Part shown: one piece after another, positions 26,421 through 38,900 of the stretch
Position numbering within the stretch: the first letter of the stretch is position 1
Layout: every line of letters begins with the position of its first letter
Assembly (NCBI GenBank): GCA_024679065.1
Contig: JAGIQG010000009.1
Span: 101,060,001-101,124,000, forward strand
Source: Sphyrna mokarran
Taxonomy: Eukaryota
Reading direction: 5' to 3'
Length of the DNA: 64,000 nt
Position numbers and translations under genes: made by a program
Notes under the pieces: generated by a model
The model's input: only the letters and a program-made list of their open reading frames with translations
Told to the model about the DNA's origin: nothing
The model's database searches: none

Positions 26421-28499
26421 GAAAAAGAGTTTTTTTTTTACGGACAATTGAAAATATACAATTGGCTGCATGTCGAATGCTGCTAGGACAGCAGTTTTTC
26501 TTCACATTTATTAATGTTGCAGGGTTGGGTGTTCTGGACATAATGTAAATCTTCCAAGTCATGCAAAATTTGAAACCATTGTGAACTGTCAGGAACATAT
26601 CAATAATCACCAAGAATACCCAAGCAGTCTGAACAATTAGCCCAGACCTATTTGATAATTGGATTGCACAGAAATATGAACAGATGCATTTTCACAGAAC
26701 ATTGCAAGTAAATAGGAAACAAATGATGCAAGCATAAATGGAGTTTAGGAGCATGAGGACATCGTTGTGCAAGTGACCTATTGACTGAAGGGGAAAGCAA
26801 CATTGATAAAATATTCAATTCTCCAGTTAACTTACTACAGTTGGAATGTTACTAAGAAATACAACATCAAAACACATTATACATAAGGCAAGCATTTAAA
26901 GCAACACGTTTCCAATGCAAATGCAGCCAGCCTCGGCCAGTATTAAGCATCAGCCTTTGGGAGAGAAAAAAAAACAAGAAGAAAGATGCATTGAGACTAA
27001 AAACGTCCGCAAGCCGCTCGAAAAATAGAAGAAAAGAAAATTCGATATGTTTAACGTTTCGAAATAACTTTGCAAATACCGATTCAATGTTGTGGTAGCA
27101 GCGAGCCCCGAGGGGGCAGATTTAAATTGCGTCTTCGAAAAAAAACAAAAAGACGTCGTGGATGATGCGTTGAAAGAGGATATGGATCACCTTTGCCGTA
27201 GAAGTTAAAGACTATTTATTAGTAGATCAAAGATAATCCGGATATTATGTGTTAGTTTGCAAAGTTCAGTTATATTTTGAGTAGATATATGATCAGGACA
27301 CATTTGCAGCTCCCATACCAGGACTTGAGTGTCTAAATATTTGGAATAATAGCTATCATCGGGTATAGGGCGGGGGGGGCACTATTTTTTAGAAAGCCAG
27401 TAAGAGAATTACCTTTGATCACATTCAGCAAACAAAATGAAGCAGGTAAAGGAACAAATTAAAGCTTGCAATGCACAAAGATGGGAGCTCAAAGCTGGGC
27501 AGAAAGCATCTTAGAAATATTTCTTATTTTGGGCTCGAACAAGCATACAAATAGCATGATTGACTGAAAGTGCATACATGCATCGAATGTTTTCAAAGCG
27601 GTGAATTTGAGGAGGCAGTTACAACTGTTATATGAACGTTATTATATCGGATACTTAAAGAAATCCACCGTAGGACGGTTCTTGAGTGGGATTTTTTGCT
27701 ATTCTGTAACCACTTTTGTACCGAATGCCTGAGACACTTTCACACCAAATGTTTCAAGGTATTAAGTTTCAGCGAGGGCCAAATTAGACGATGCTTTTAA
27801 CTTCCAATATTGTGAGGTAACTCCAGGTGAACATTACATTAGAGTTTAATCGATATGTATAATTGTGAGGAGAATGATGGTAATTGAATGCATAGCGAAG
27901 CATAATGCATTATTGCATCTTACCCGTGCTAACTTTGGTGTCTGTGAAATATAAGTTGGATTTTAAAAATATTTCTTTAAAAAATCGTAAATTACTTGCT
28001 ATCATGAAGATGACCAATGTCCACAAACGATACTATCGTTTCAACCTGATAGGACAATTTGAATTGAATTTTCAGGATAACTGGGAACAAACTTATTTCG
28101 GAATTCGTGGCACACAGGAAACAAATGTCTTTTAATCAAAGAGTGATTATATACAGGAAAGCAAAATTTTGGTTTGATACATCGTTTCAAGCTACAGAAT
28201 GCGAGCTACATCTGTTCTATGCGAGATATCGCGGTGCAAAGTCTTGGCTTTTCATTGGAACCAGGAGGTCACAGTTCAAGTTTCATTCCAGTAGTTAAGT
28301 GTCAGGCTGTTGCCTCAATAACTTCCAGTAGCGGAACGTAAAAATGAGAGAAGGTATTGGGCACTGATAATATGAAAAGAAAATTCGAAAGGACACGGCC
28401 ACTTCTCATTCCCCAAAACCAAATCATAAAATCATATCACAGTCAATAATGATAGTGTGAGTGTCAGTTTACTGTAGAATCGGTTTGGAGCGGATTGGG

Positions 28500-29750
28500 A
28501 CTGGAAGCAGTGGTTGCGTATAAATGCAGTTTGAAATTAATTCGGGACCTTCGTGTTTGGGGGTCACAGTCCTTGGATTTGCATTTTGGTATGGAACTAA
28601 AAAAAGCTTAAATGACAATGAAAATATATTTCCCTATTTCTACCCTCGTATGATGGATACTGGCCAGATGGCTGTCCACTTACAGCCTTTTTTCCGAAAA
28701 AAAAATGTTGAATGTGTTTTGATCCGGAACTTTGACATGGTCGTTTTGTACAATCCCAAATACGGATGACCACCTTCATTACAGCGTGTTTCAGCACCTT
28801 TGCTGAATGAAAAAGATGATGCCGCAGCGCTGTTGACATCATCTGAGCTGCTCTCGTTCTTGAAAACAGTAGTGTCATCAGCACCACGTGTTTTGCTTCA
28901 GGCTTTCTGTACGTTTTGTTGTAGACAAAAAGAAGGGTCAATTTAACCTGTCCGGAATACTTCAACACTCCGTCCGTCAACAGAGCGCGGATTTTGTTTA
29001 ATTTTCTCGTTTTCCCATGAAGAATTGCGTATATTTTCCCACTCTTACATTTGGAATTTTTCACTACTAAAGAATCGCTCCGCGAAAGGGTCAGATCAAA
29101 ATAAAAGCTTGCTTTATTTTGTGTTTATACACTGACACGCCGAAAGTTGTTTCGCCATGTTTATCAGTTTTAACTCGCAACAATAGTGAGGAACTGGCAA
29201 AAATGAAGAGTGTTCATGTGATTATCTCAATTAAAATACAAGCCATCTTGACAAGTATCCGGAGTTCTGGACCCTGAGATAACGGGAATATTCCATCCAA
29301 GGCAACATTACTGATTGTCGAATGTGTTGTCTTTAAAGGAATGAGGCAGGAGAAGACGTGAAGAATGAGTTCGCCTGGAAACATGAGTTCTAACTTTTAC
29401 GCACTTAGCAGGTGTGATGAATGCCACATCTGTAGGCACCAGCTCGTTGTTACGCCGTGCAGAATCGTGCCCGGAATTCTGTTCAGTTGGCCGGACAAAC
29501 TGGAATTGCCGCAGTTTTGTTCCAACGGACTTATCATTGTTCACCTTAATAGGAGGATGTCGTGTCACAGATTCTCGATTTTGGACTCAGTGTCTATATT
29601 TCCAAGGCTGGAATTAGGTGTTTAACTGGAATGGGGACATATTAGTTGTTGGGGTCGCTGGTGTCAGGTTAACTAACTTTCTCTTTATTGAGATTGTGGT
29701 TTTATAACTAACAACGTTTGTCATGAGCTGCATTTATGGGGCCTTAAGTC
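28500..29750 (-). pseudogene. Large coding-like block inside RBL-like copy 1, unassigned
   Basis: Non-TE-like and CpG-containing. Holds 155-aa (28597-29064) and 86-aa (29308-29568) minus-strand ORFs in one frame. No recognisable domain. Confidence 0.35.
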
Positions 29751-29909
29751 GAATGAAAATGTTCCTTTGTGCTGAGGTAGCTGGACAAGATTGCGCTTCA
29801 GCGTGGTCATTTTTTTACCTCGAAACAGATGCAAGGAATCAAATTATTGATTGAAAAAAGTCAGTCAACCATTGTCCATATTAACACTTCCGAAAATATT
29901 CCAGATCAG

Positions 29910-30210
29910 CTAGATAGTCAATTCATTTTTCCAAATGCAGGAGAGTCTAAAACTAGAAGGCATAGGTTTAAGGCGAGAGGGGGGAGATATATAAGGGCCG
30001 AAAGGGCAATTATTTCACACAGAGAGTGATGAGTTTCTGCAACAAGCTTCCAGAGACAATAGTAGAGGCGCCTAAAATCTTATCTTTTAAAAAGTGTTTG
30101 GGTAGTTACATTGGTATAATGGTTATTGAGGGGCATGGGCCAAAAGCGGCCAATTAGAACGAGCTTAGTGGTTAAAAATAAAGGGACACCATGATCAAAT
30201 TTGGTATTGC
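29910..30210 (+). mobile_element. CR1-like 3' end fragment
   Basis: FPNAGESKTRRHRFKARG motif. Confidence 0.7.
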
Positions 30211-31624
30211 ATAATCCCTGCCATGTTGAGATTGCTTAGAAATTGGTACATACCTTTCTGAGAGGTTGCGATCGACAAAGCAAACAACCAATCAATTGAA
30301 CACTTAAGGGTTTTGATGACAACATTAAAAGAAATTATTCTGATGCAATAGCAGCATCGCTAAATTTGGACCAACACTAGGCCTTTATGTGAACCACGAA
30401 GTTGATCAGAAATTGATGCCGATGGTGTTTTTATAATATGGTTAAACATGTTAACAATCAGTCTTTAAATTCACCACAGTATGGCTCATAGTAACTAGTA
30501 ACGTTCGGAAGTGTGGCCTGTCCAATCACACTTAAGAAGTCAACGGCAAACCGTTACAGTGATTTGCCAAGCAAAGGCATGAATTCATGTAATCATTTCC
30601 GGTTTTGCTATTTCACCTGAAGGATCATGAGGATTTATTTTCAAATCTGTGGTCTGGAAAGGTGCCGAGAGGAATAACCCGCAAATATTCAGAATTTAAC
30701 ATCAGGAATAACACGAGAGTAGTTAGAACCATGGACATGCCAGTATTACTTACATTTTCAGATTAGATTATAATAATTTGGTATTATCGGTTTCTAATCG
30801 TTTAATGGTGCAATGTTTATTTAAAAAAATAACTGAACTGACTCCATCGTTGCACTCATCAGTATGCCAACAAATCAATAAATGTTAAGTCAGCAAGAAG
30901 GTGCAATATGCATATTTTAGTAATATCTCTTTAATGATGCATTTCCTTACCGCCATGAGCGACCTTTAATTTCAGGATTTCAATTTCTGAAGGGGCAGAA
31001 ATGGAAATGTTATTCCATTATCCTAAATAATTGTGTTCATAAACGACGTACATATTGAAGAAATAAGATTTCAAACATGTTTCGACTTTTAGGCGGGCAT
31101 AAAACTGTCTGCTTAACTAAAATCTTACAATTGTAAAAGCTCTCTCAAAGCATAGGTCAGCATGATTTCGGCAGCATTGACATAGCGAAAGCAACTTCAC
31201 TTTATTTCTGAGTTTCAAAATAATTACTATTAAGTCTGAATTCAACTAAGAGTAAATTACACCACGCAATTTTAATAAAAAAAAACAAGGAGAAGAAGAA
31301 AATTTTTCAAAATAAAAACCAGGATTTATTTCCGATGCAGAGTTAAAATGTGAAAGTGGGATTGTTCACGGAAAACTTATCTGAAGTCATGTAATATTGC
31401 ACGCAGGCGCAGACTAACAGGACACATTGAGCGTCATTTAATAGTCTATCATAAACTGCGCTCTAGACAGTTTGTACGTCAAGTACTTCCGTGCGATCGG
31501 AAAAAAAAAATATTCTATTAGCATCAGACTCATATGAAGCTTCAGTTTGTGTTTCTTTTCTTTTAGTGCACATTTTGCCCGTTAATATGAGTCATGTTAA
31601 AATCTGCCAATTTCTAACACCTGA

Positions 31625-31917
31625 GATCCACCAATACCACACTTCAGTGTGGATTGTGTCGTGCAAATCAGAATTTTGCCATTGAACGCCTTAAAAAAAA
31701 AGGTCTACAGCGTTTATTGAATGTGATCGTTTCGATCAATGCTAATGAGATGAAGAGAAAGATTAAACACTGATCTCCAGCTGAAGATATCTTACAGGAT
31801 CGAATGTAAATCCGGATACAACATGTGCGTTAAGTCCCCACATGATATTTTAAAAAAGTGGTTACATTCTCCACTGAATAGGACGAAGAGCGCGGAATTA
31901 TCAGACAGCGGGCAGAG
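31625..31917 (-). pseudogene. RBL-like copy 1: C-terminal domain exons
   Basis: LSDNSALFVLFSGE ~ p107 LTPRSALLYKFNGS; SKRSHSINAV ~ p130 SKRLREINSM. Confidence 0.65.
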
Positions 31918-32749
31918 TTATCAAATGAAAAATGCTGTCATTGTCCAGATTCGGACTATACATGAGACATTACGCATTGGCAAAAATACATTTGCGTAAT
32001 ATTAACGACAGCATGTTCGTACAAAACGCCATGTAAAACCTGCAACTAAAATTGAGAAAAACAATGTAATCTAAATAATGGTGATCTGAGGAAAAAAGAT
32101 AGTAAATTCTAAAAACCCTCATAGGCCCCGGCAGCAATTTTGAAGACAGAAATTAACTTTTCTTTTCAGATGAAAGTTTATCATTCTGAACTACTTGTTT
32201 TGTTCTTCTCTCGGACAATGCTTACGCATATTGTGAGCATTATGCAGTATTCATATTGTATATATTTAAACATATTTTTAAAAGTTGATCAAACGAACAT
32301 ATTAACATAAATTCAAATGATTAAAAAAAATCAATGTGGAGCTTATTTAATATAGTTACCGATATCTTTCGCCAACATCTGCTTCACTGTAAGGAAGTCA
32401 CACAAATTCGATTTTAATACGGTCCATTTGGCATATATTTCAGCAAGCCAATGGATAAATGCATTGGGCATATGCATTTATTTAAAATTGATTTTTAGTG
32501 TTATCATTTCTTCAGATTCCTCCTGATTTTGAATATTACTCTGATGACAAAAACGAGTAAAGTCCATCTAACATTTGAAATATGTAACTGGTAATCTCCA
32601 TTTTTCTTTCGAGATGTTGAAAGCGGAAATCCACTAGTCAGATGACTCTTCCAATACGAATTAACACTAATTTCGTATTTCGTATAAAAACCTGATTTTC
32701 AAACAAATGTTAAATTTCCAGCGCTGATTCTTATCTAGCTACAGAGCGA

Positions 32750-33478
32750 ATGTGAATGAATTCATCCTTCGAAACTGCTACACCATTTATGTTGATCATG
32801 GTTGATCATCAAATTCAACATCCTTTTTCCCGCGCCCCACTATACTCTTTCATCCCTTTAGCCCCAGGAGCTATATCGATCTTTTTTTTTTTGAAATCCG
32901 ACAACATATTGGCCTCATTTACATTCCGTAATAGTGAATGCGTCACATTCATCACTCTCTAGATGAAGAAATTTCTCCTCATCTCAGTGTTAAACGATTT
33001 AGTCACTATCCTCAACTAAATCCTCTGGTTCTGAACGCCACCACTATCGGGAACAGTGTTTCTGAATCTAACCTGTATATCCCTAATAGAATATTATTAA
33101 TTTCCATGAGATCCTCTCTTACTTTTCTAAAAAGCAGTAAATATAATACAAACCGAAATGGCATCTCTTCATATGACAGACCTGCCATCCTAGGAATCAG
33201 TTTGGTAAACCTCCATAGCAAGGACTCCTTCCCCAAATAAGGACACCAAAAATGCCCACAATACTCCAGGTGTGTTCTCAGCAATGCCGTATTCAAATGA
33301 CACAAGACATCCCTATCCATATAGTCAAATCTTCTTGTTATGAAGGCCAGCCTACAATTCCCCTTCTCTACTCCCTGTTATATCTGTGCGCTTACTTTCA
33401 GAGACTGGTGCGCTCCAAGGTCTTGTTCAATAGCACCTTTCTCAATACACACGTATTCAAATAATAATCTCTTTTCCT
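32750..33478 (-). mobile_element. CR1-like LINE 3' end
   Basis: ORF 33012-33320: LLRTHLEYCGHFWCPY...RFTKLIPRMAGLSYEE. Confidence 0.85.
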
Positions 33479-33499
33479 AATAAAATGTAAATTCTGACG

Positions 33500-34276
33500 T
33501 TGGTATGATAAACAGCCTCATGCTTTTTTTCCGGCGCCTGGGAAAAGGTCTGGAAAAGTCGTGGTCGCCTAGACGCCGGCCGCTAGGCGATCTACCTGAA
33601 AAGGGACGGAATTGATACTGCAATGCATGACTTTTTTTTTCAATCAAATGAAGACTTTTAATCAGTTCCTGCACTCGATATGGTAGACCCAATCCGACAA
33701 TTTACCCCAGTATGTGGCTGTCAAATACTACAGCTGAAGCGCACTTCCCAATGCATTTGATAAGCGGTCTCAACGTGTAGGTATTATCCGCGTCCAGTCA
33801 AGTCACAGAGGCAGAGAAGGGATATTTATTTTATCTTCGCGGCCCACTAGCCAGCGTTTGGGCAGTGAATCATCAAGTAGACGATATTCACGTCTTAGTG
33901 ACTATGACCATTCTGGTGAATTCCGAGCCATAGCGTTGGCCCGTTGTGATGCAGCCTCAGTAATGAGTTTAACCGACATAGGACTTCCACGCACTAAAAT
34001 TTAATGTTTAAGTGAGGATGTCACCCAAAGACAACCAATAACATCACTTTTCTGTGCCTCTGGGGCACAGAAAGTTCAGTCCACTAGTTAAGTGTTAAGT
34101 TTTAACTCCACTGCCATCGGAAATAATTCATTCATCTGTAGCGTTTCCAATTAAGGTGGGAGTAGGTTCTCAGTATTGGCACTAGGAGCAATTTCATGAG
34201 TAATTCTGATACATTGGTGTTCCAAAATGCCAATTCTGCTGCTTGATTTACGTCCGCGTTCTTGTTACCGACCAAC
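33500..34276 (-). pseudogene. RBL-like copy 1: end of pocket B and C-terminal exons
   Basis: AELAFWNT ~ GDLIKFYNT (34.2 kb); RGSPMSVKL ~ RTGSPRRIQL (exon starting 33993); PFP...LFIIP ~ PFP...IYISP (exon starting about 33596). Confidence 0.55.
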
Positions 34277-34587
34277 CTCATGTCAGGTTTCGAAGGAGCT
34301 TTTCAATTATTAATGTTAGATTATTAATTCACATTCTTGAACATTTAAAGAGTACCTTTCAGCAAAAGCGTAATGTCGAGTGACAACCATCATCAAAAAG
34401 GAAAATCCTGTATTTGCAAAATCCAGTCACGCTATTCAAAGTTATTGAATAAAAACGGATCGTTTCGAGGTAAGGAAATTCCTGCCTATGGGTAACAATA
34501 AGTGGGTCCGCTGATGTAAGATGGTAGTTTAACAGGAAAGTAAATAAAACAGAATTACTGGATCATAGATCAGGCAACGCGGCTTAC

Positions 34588-34880
34588 ATCCCATAAAATG
34601 TCCATCCGGAGTTTCTCCTGCCTGGGACTTCCTGTCAGTCAAAGGAATCCCCTGTAAAGTGCAAATATGCCTCCCTCGGCGTTATTCTGCCAGATATATT
34701 CGCTATGTGCATTTCTCTTTAGGTTGGCAATCGGCAACAATAGCTTCCACTTGTCGGTCATGCATTGTAATGTCCCTTTCAGTAATAGATTGCTGATACG
34801 TGAGAGTTTCATGGCGGATTAACCCAACACTGAGGCTACATCATAAGGGGGCAAATCTATGATTCAGAATTCGCCAGGAT
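34588..34880 (-). pseudogene. RBL-like copy 1: pocket B core
   Basis: WRILNHRFAPL*CSLSV...YQQSITERDITMHDRQVEAI ~ YHLASVRLRDLCLKLDV...FEFSIIQCPELMMDRHLDQL; then ICTLQGIPLT ~ RB1 ICKVKNIDLK. Donor GTAAG near 34587. Confidence 0.7.
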
Positions 34881-34904
34881 GTCGATAGTCAGTAGAAAAA
34901 AAAA

Positions 34905-35285
34905 CATAGCATAGAATTATACGGGGCAGAATGTGTGCATTCGGCACATCGAGTTTCAACCACAATCCCATGCAGGCCCTATCTCATTACCTCATGCATT
35001 TACCATAGCCAGTCCTCACCTTCCCAACACCCTCCACCCTCACCAAACTCCACCCCCCCCCCCCGCCCCGCCCGCCACCATCCCTATACTAAAGTGCCAA
35101 TCTACATAGCATGGCGAATCTACCTAACCCTCACATCTTTGGACCGTGGGATGATACAGGAGAACCTACGCAAAATTCGTGCAGACATGGAGAGAATGCG
35201 CAGACTCCACACAGACACTGCTCCAAGCAGTGATTCGAATCCAGGATCCTGGTTTTGTGAGTGCTAACCACGGTGTCTCCACGCC
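34905..35285 (-). mobile_element. HE1/V-SINE-like SINE inside an RBL-like intron
   Basis: Reverse complement resembles the 514-844 element. Confidence 0.8.
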
Positions 35286-35325
35286 ACTCTCTTGTGTAAA
35301 AAAAAACTGTGATCCTGATAACTAC

Positions 35326-35390
35326 CTTTGCAAAAATTCGAATCCTTCCAGTAGATTGATGTTCACTGTCAACAATGCAACCATTTGAAC
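35326..35390 (-). pseudogene. RBL-like copy 1: spacer end / start of pocket B
   Basis: cag|GSNGCIVDSEHQSTGRIRIFAK|gtagtt ~ p107 KRTGSLALFYRK. Confidence 0.6.
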
Positions 35391-36054
35391 CTGGAGATTT
35401 AAAACCCCTTAGCATCGGTTTGGCTGCTATGGTCAAAATCCGTTATTAGAATATATTCGATATGTTTCGTCCATTCATCGAGGGATAAGATGTAGTTGTG
35501 GATATTTTCAGTCCCGAACTGTATTCTGTCCAGTTGCGCAAGTGAGCAAACTGGTTGTGTATCAATCAGATGAAGCTGTATCAGAGCAGATAAACGGAAC
35601 AGAAGCCTTACGCTTTGGTGAAATCAAATCCCTACCACAATTTGATAATTTCAAGTTCAATTTTAAATGATTTTAATGAAGACTCAACCCAACATTTTTA
35701 ATTATCATGGATGATACACCTATTAACAATAATCCCGATACTGACACCTGAACATTCGGACTTACGCTTCAAATGGCAGCTCGGGGTCCTAGCATTTAGA
35801 ACTTTAGTGGCATAATTCCTATAACATAGGGTGCTCACACAACTCTGAAAACGGCACAGGATAAGAAAACCCACATCGGATCCTAATTTTATGTGTTATT
35901 TAGGTCTATTTTGTATAATTTAAATACATATGTGACCAATTTCGTCACATGTTTCGTTTTTTCTTTGTTTTGGAAGACCGTGCTAATGGAATTGTGGCAA
36001 ATAATGTCTGGACAGAACATTAGTGCTTCAAGATCATCAGGCAGACCAGGGTAA

Positions 36055-36405
36055 AATGAGTTTTTTTTTCATTCGTGGAAAATAGGCGTCACTGGCTGGA
36101 TCAACATTTAAAGCTCGTACTTGCCCGTGGAGGGCAATTGAAAGTCAACCACATTGCCTTGGCTCTGGAATCACATGTCGGCCAGACCAGGTAAAGGACC
36201 CCCGGATCCCGCCACTGTAAGGCATTAGTGATTGAAAAGTTTTTTGGGGTCGGACAGATGACAATGATTAACACTGACTTCTTAATTCCAGATCTTTTAT
36301 TTAATTGAATTAAAATTGAACAATCTGCGTGGTGGGTTCGAACCCGGGTCCCCATTGGCTGATTTTCCGGATCTACTGATAATACCATGAAGGCATCTAC
36401 CTCCT
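36055..36405 (-). mobile_element. tRNA-derived DeuSINE-like (SacSINE1-type) element
   Basis: B-box-like GGGTTCGAACCC and Deu-domain-like CCTGGTCTGGCC..CATGTGATTCCAG..CAATGTGGTTGACT. Confidence 0.65.
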
Positions 36406-36797
36406 CGTTAGGATCCTAAACTTATCGCCTGAATCCCACGAAAAACCTGAGATGAGCTCGGTTTGCACATCAAGGACTAAAGAGAATCGATTGCATTACA
36501 TACATTTAGGGAATTAAACAATACGCGACTTTAGCAATGTTAAAAAAAAAACATTCTGGGAATTCTCGGAATGTAAAAAATGTTACGCATCATATGTGGT
36601 CTATCTGAAAGCATGACGAAGAAAATAAAACTGCTTTCGTTATAACGTGAAAATGATTGGACACTTGCGCATAGTAGATTAATGGCATCCGCAGTTATTA
36701 CTAATTTATGTGTGCTCCCAAACGGAAGTTAGTTTACATTGGAGAGCCATATGTAGCGAAAGAAATGAGGCACAAATTTCTTTTATGAGCGTCATAC

Positions 36798-36860
36798 ATG
36801 TATGCGTTGCTGCCAGGGCAAGTGTTTGCTGCCCATAACGATCATGATCAGTGGTTGGTC
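36798..36860 (-). pseudogene. RBL-like copy 1: spacer exon (63 nt, phase 1-1)
   Basis: cag|...|gtatga; RPTTDHDRYGQQTLALAAT resembles p130 SPTTLYDRYS plus GQTLVTMAT. Confidence 0.65.
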
Positions 36861-37102
36861 CTGGCTTCAGTCAAGTTACTATGAAAATTAGAGCCTTGAA
36901 ATAACTCTATTTTCTCAACTTTTGAAATGGGAGAAATGCATCGGCTACGTTTCATGTGATATAGTCCAGCTACAGACAAGACATGCCTGTCTGCTTATGA
37001 CTGTACCGTAGCATTAAAGGCACATCAAAGCTAATATATTGACTGTGGCAGGATAATCGAAATACGAGAGCATTTCCTCAAATTGCTCCGGGCCCAAATT
37101 AC

Positions 37103-37159
37103 TTGTTGGTTGCGATTCCCGTAGGCGTGGCACTATGTCATGCTGTGCATCACGAGACC
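37103..37159 (-). pseudogene. RBL-like copy 1: spacer exon (57 nt, phase 1-1)
   Basis: cag|...|gtaatt; SRDAQHDIVPRLRESQPT contains IVPRLRE ~ p107 MHPRVKE. Confidence 0.6.
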
Positions 37160-37281
37160 CTGACAATAATGATTATTTTAGCAGTTTTTTTTTCTACTGA
37201 TGAAAATAATCCTTATATCAACGTCGAATAAAATTTGGATGATTAGTTCTTCCGAAATACTGATGTGCATAGCCATGTTAC

Positions 37282-37758
37282 CCTAGTGTATTGACAGCAT
37301 TGGCAGCAAACTGGACACTTTGAAGATTATTTGGATATGTACGGTCCATAAAAAATATAAGAGAAGGTGAATGTCGCACGTATCACCCAACATCGACGCC
37401 TTTGCATATGCAACGCAATGAAAATGTATGCAATCAATAACCAAAGTAGACAGGTTCCACATCTGCTGCCGGAGGCTAACGTTGGGCCTCACCTATCAGA
37501 AGATACTATTTAAAAATAAATCCCAGCCTAATTCACTAGTGGGTTAACAGCTGCTCAGCCACATACAACCGCTTCAAATCCGAACACACCAAAGTCCATC
37601 TCTCCTCGAGTGTTCCACCTGCCAGTACTCGATTAACAGCCAGTTGGTATAAGGTGTCATCTGTCGCGTTTTTATGCAGCAGATAAATCGTCACAAAAAA
37701 TTCACTGACAACTCGATCGTTTTCCACCATTGTCACTCAAATTCTGAGCTTATTGCAG
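37282..37758 (-). pseudogene. RBL-like copy 1: pocket A core
   Basis: CNK...VENDRV ~ SCVRNPVEN; QLAVNRVLAGGTLEERWTLVCSDLKRL ~ RB1 [40 protein letters not shown]...VDVG*Y ~ ACCLEVVTFSY...FDVPLY. Donor GTAAC at 37281. Confidence 0.65.
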
Positions 37759-38039
37759 CTTTGTAACAAACATCAACAAAATAACGAAATAAAGTGATGG
37801 AAGAGACAATAGATCCATAGTTTCATAAGATCTAGGAGCAAAATTTGGCCTGTGGACCAATCAGATCTTCTCCACCGTTCAATCATGGAGTGTAAATTTT
37901 TCGATCCCATTCTCCCGTATTCCCCATCACTTTTGTTTCTTTTCCAGTTAAGAACCTATCTGTCTCTGTCTTAAAAACAATCAAATGAACTGGCCTTTAC
38001 AGTTTTGTGAGAAAAAAAAAACTGGAAATGAAAACGATG

Positions 38040-38900
38040 GCACTTGATAGAAATGAAACTTTTGGGGCGACTGAGGCATTTAAAATCTGAGCACAAACAA
38101 GGGCTCAGTGCGTATCCCAATAAAGACTAGAATCATTCCTCATCCAAAGGTAGATAGTTGTTGTTGGTTGTGGCTGATCAGTCACGTGACATCCATGCAG
38201 GGCTTCCTCGGTGTACTGCCATTAACTCAAGCGTATAAAACTGATTTATAAATGGCTTTCTTCCCTTCAGATCAGGAACTGAGATGCACTCTGCTCATTG
38301 TATGCAGTTGGCATCACCCATTATTGCTCAGGTGCCAATGAATCTGTGCCTACACTCAACAGAAATTTATAAGCTGTTCAGTTATGGGTCAAAATGGTAA
38401 CCTAATATTCCTTCAGCAAACCAACATACAGCTTCACGAACAAGAGAAGTTATAGCCACTTGAAAGTTGATGTAATTTCAATCATTGCATCTCCAACTAT
38501 CACCTTGCGATTTTATTGATCAGAAACAGAAGTGAAATGGCCAGGAAAGTAGATGTGCAGGAGGAGAAAATCAGAACCTTGAACTTTTAATAAGGGCAAA
38601 TCAACACTTTTCCAAGTAAAAATTGCAAAAGTAATTGACTCCCCACCACCAAACCACCCCCCCCCCTCCATCTGTGTGGACATTTGCAGAACTAAATATG
38701 TCTAGAAAACAAGATATTGTTCAGGACAAAATAGCCAGATTAATTTATACTCCATCTACAAATATAAACATTTGCTTTTTGCACTAGCTACATGGCATTG
38801 GGAACAGTTTGTGCCATTTAAAGCGTATAATTCAGCAAGTCACAACAGTCTCCGCCATAGTACGATATACTTCTGCGATCGTTTGTACCTCAAAATGCAA
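38040..38900 (+). mobile_element. Old decayed L2/CR1-group LINE
   Basis: Weak similarity to 42700-43800. Confidence 0.5.

Noticed and set aside
29400-29530. Ig-like pattern (VRPTEQNSGHDS) in the large minus-strand block
   Set aside because: It lacks the Cys/Trp core and the Y-x-C motif.
34160-34652. ETAA1-like words (MDILWD; ITHEIAP) on the minus strand
   Set aside because: The following ETAA1 motif is missing, and other frames fit pocket B collinearly.
37290-37420. RING/PCGF-like fragments (CICKG, KCPVC)
   Set aside because: They lie in different frames with wrong spacing, and the pocket A reading fits the surrounding exons.
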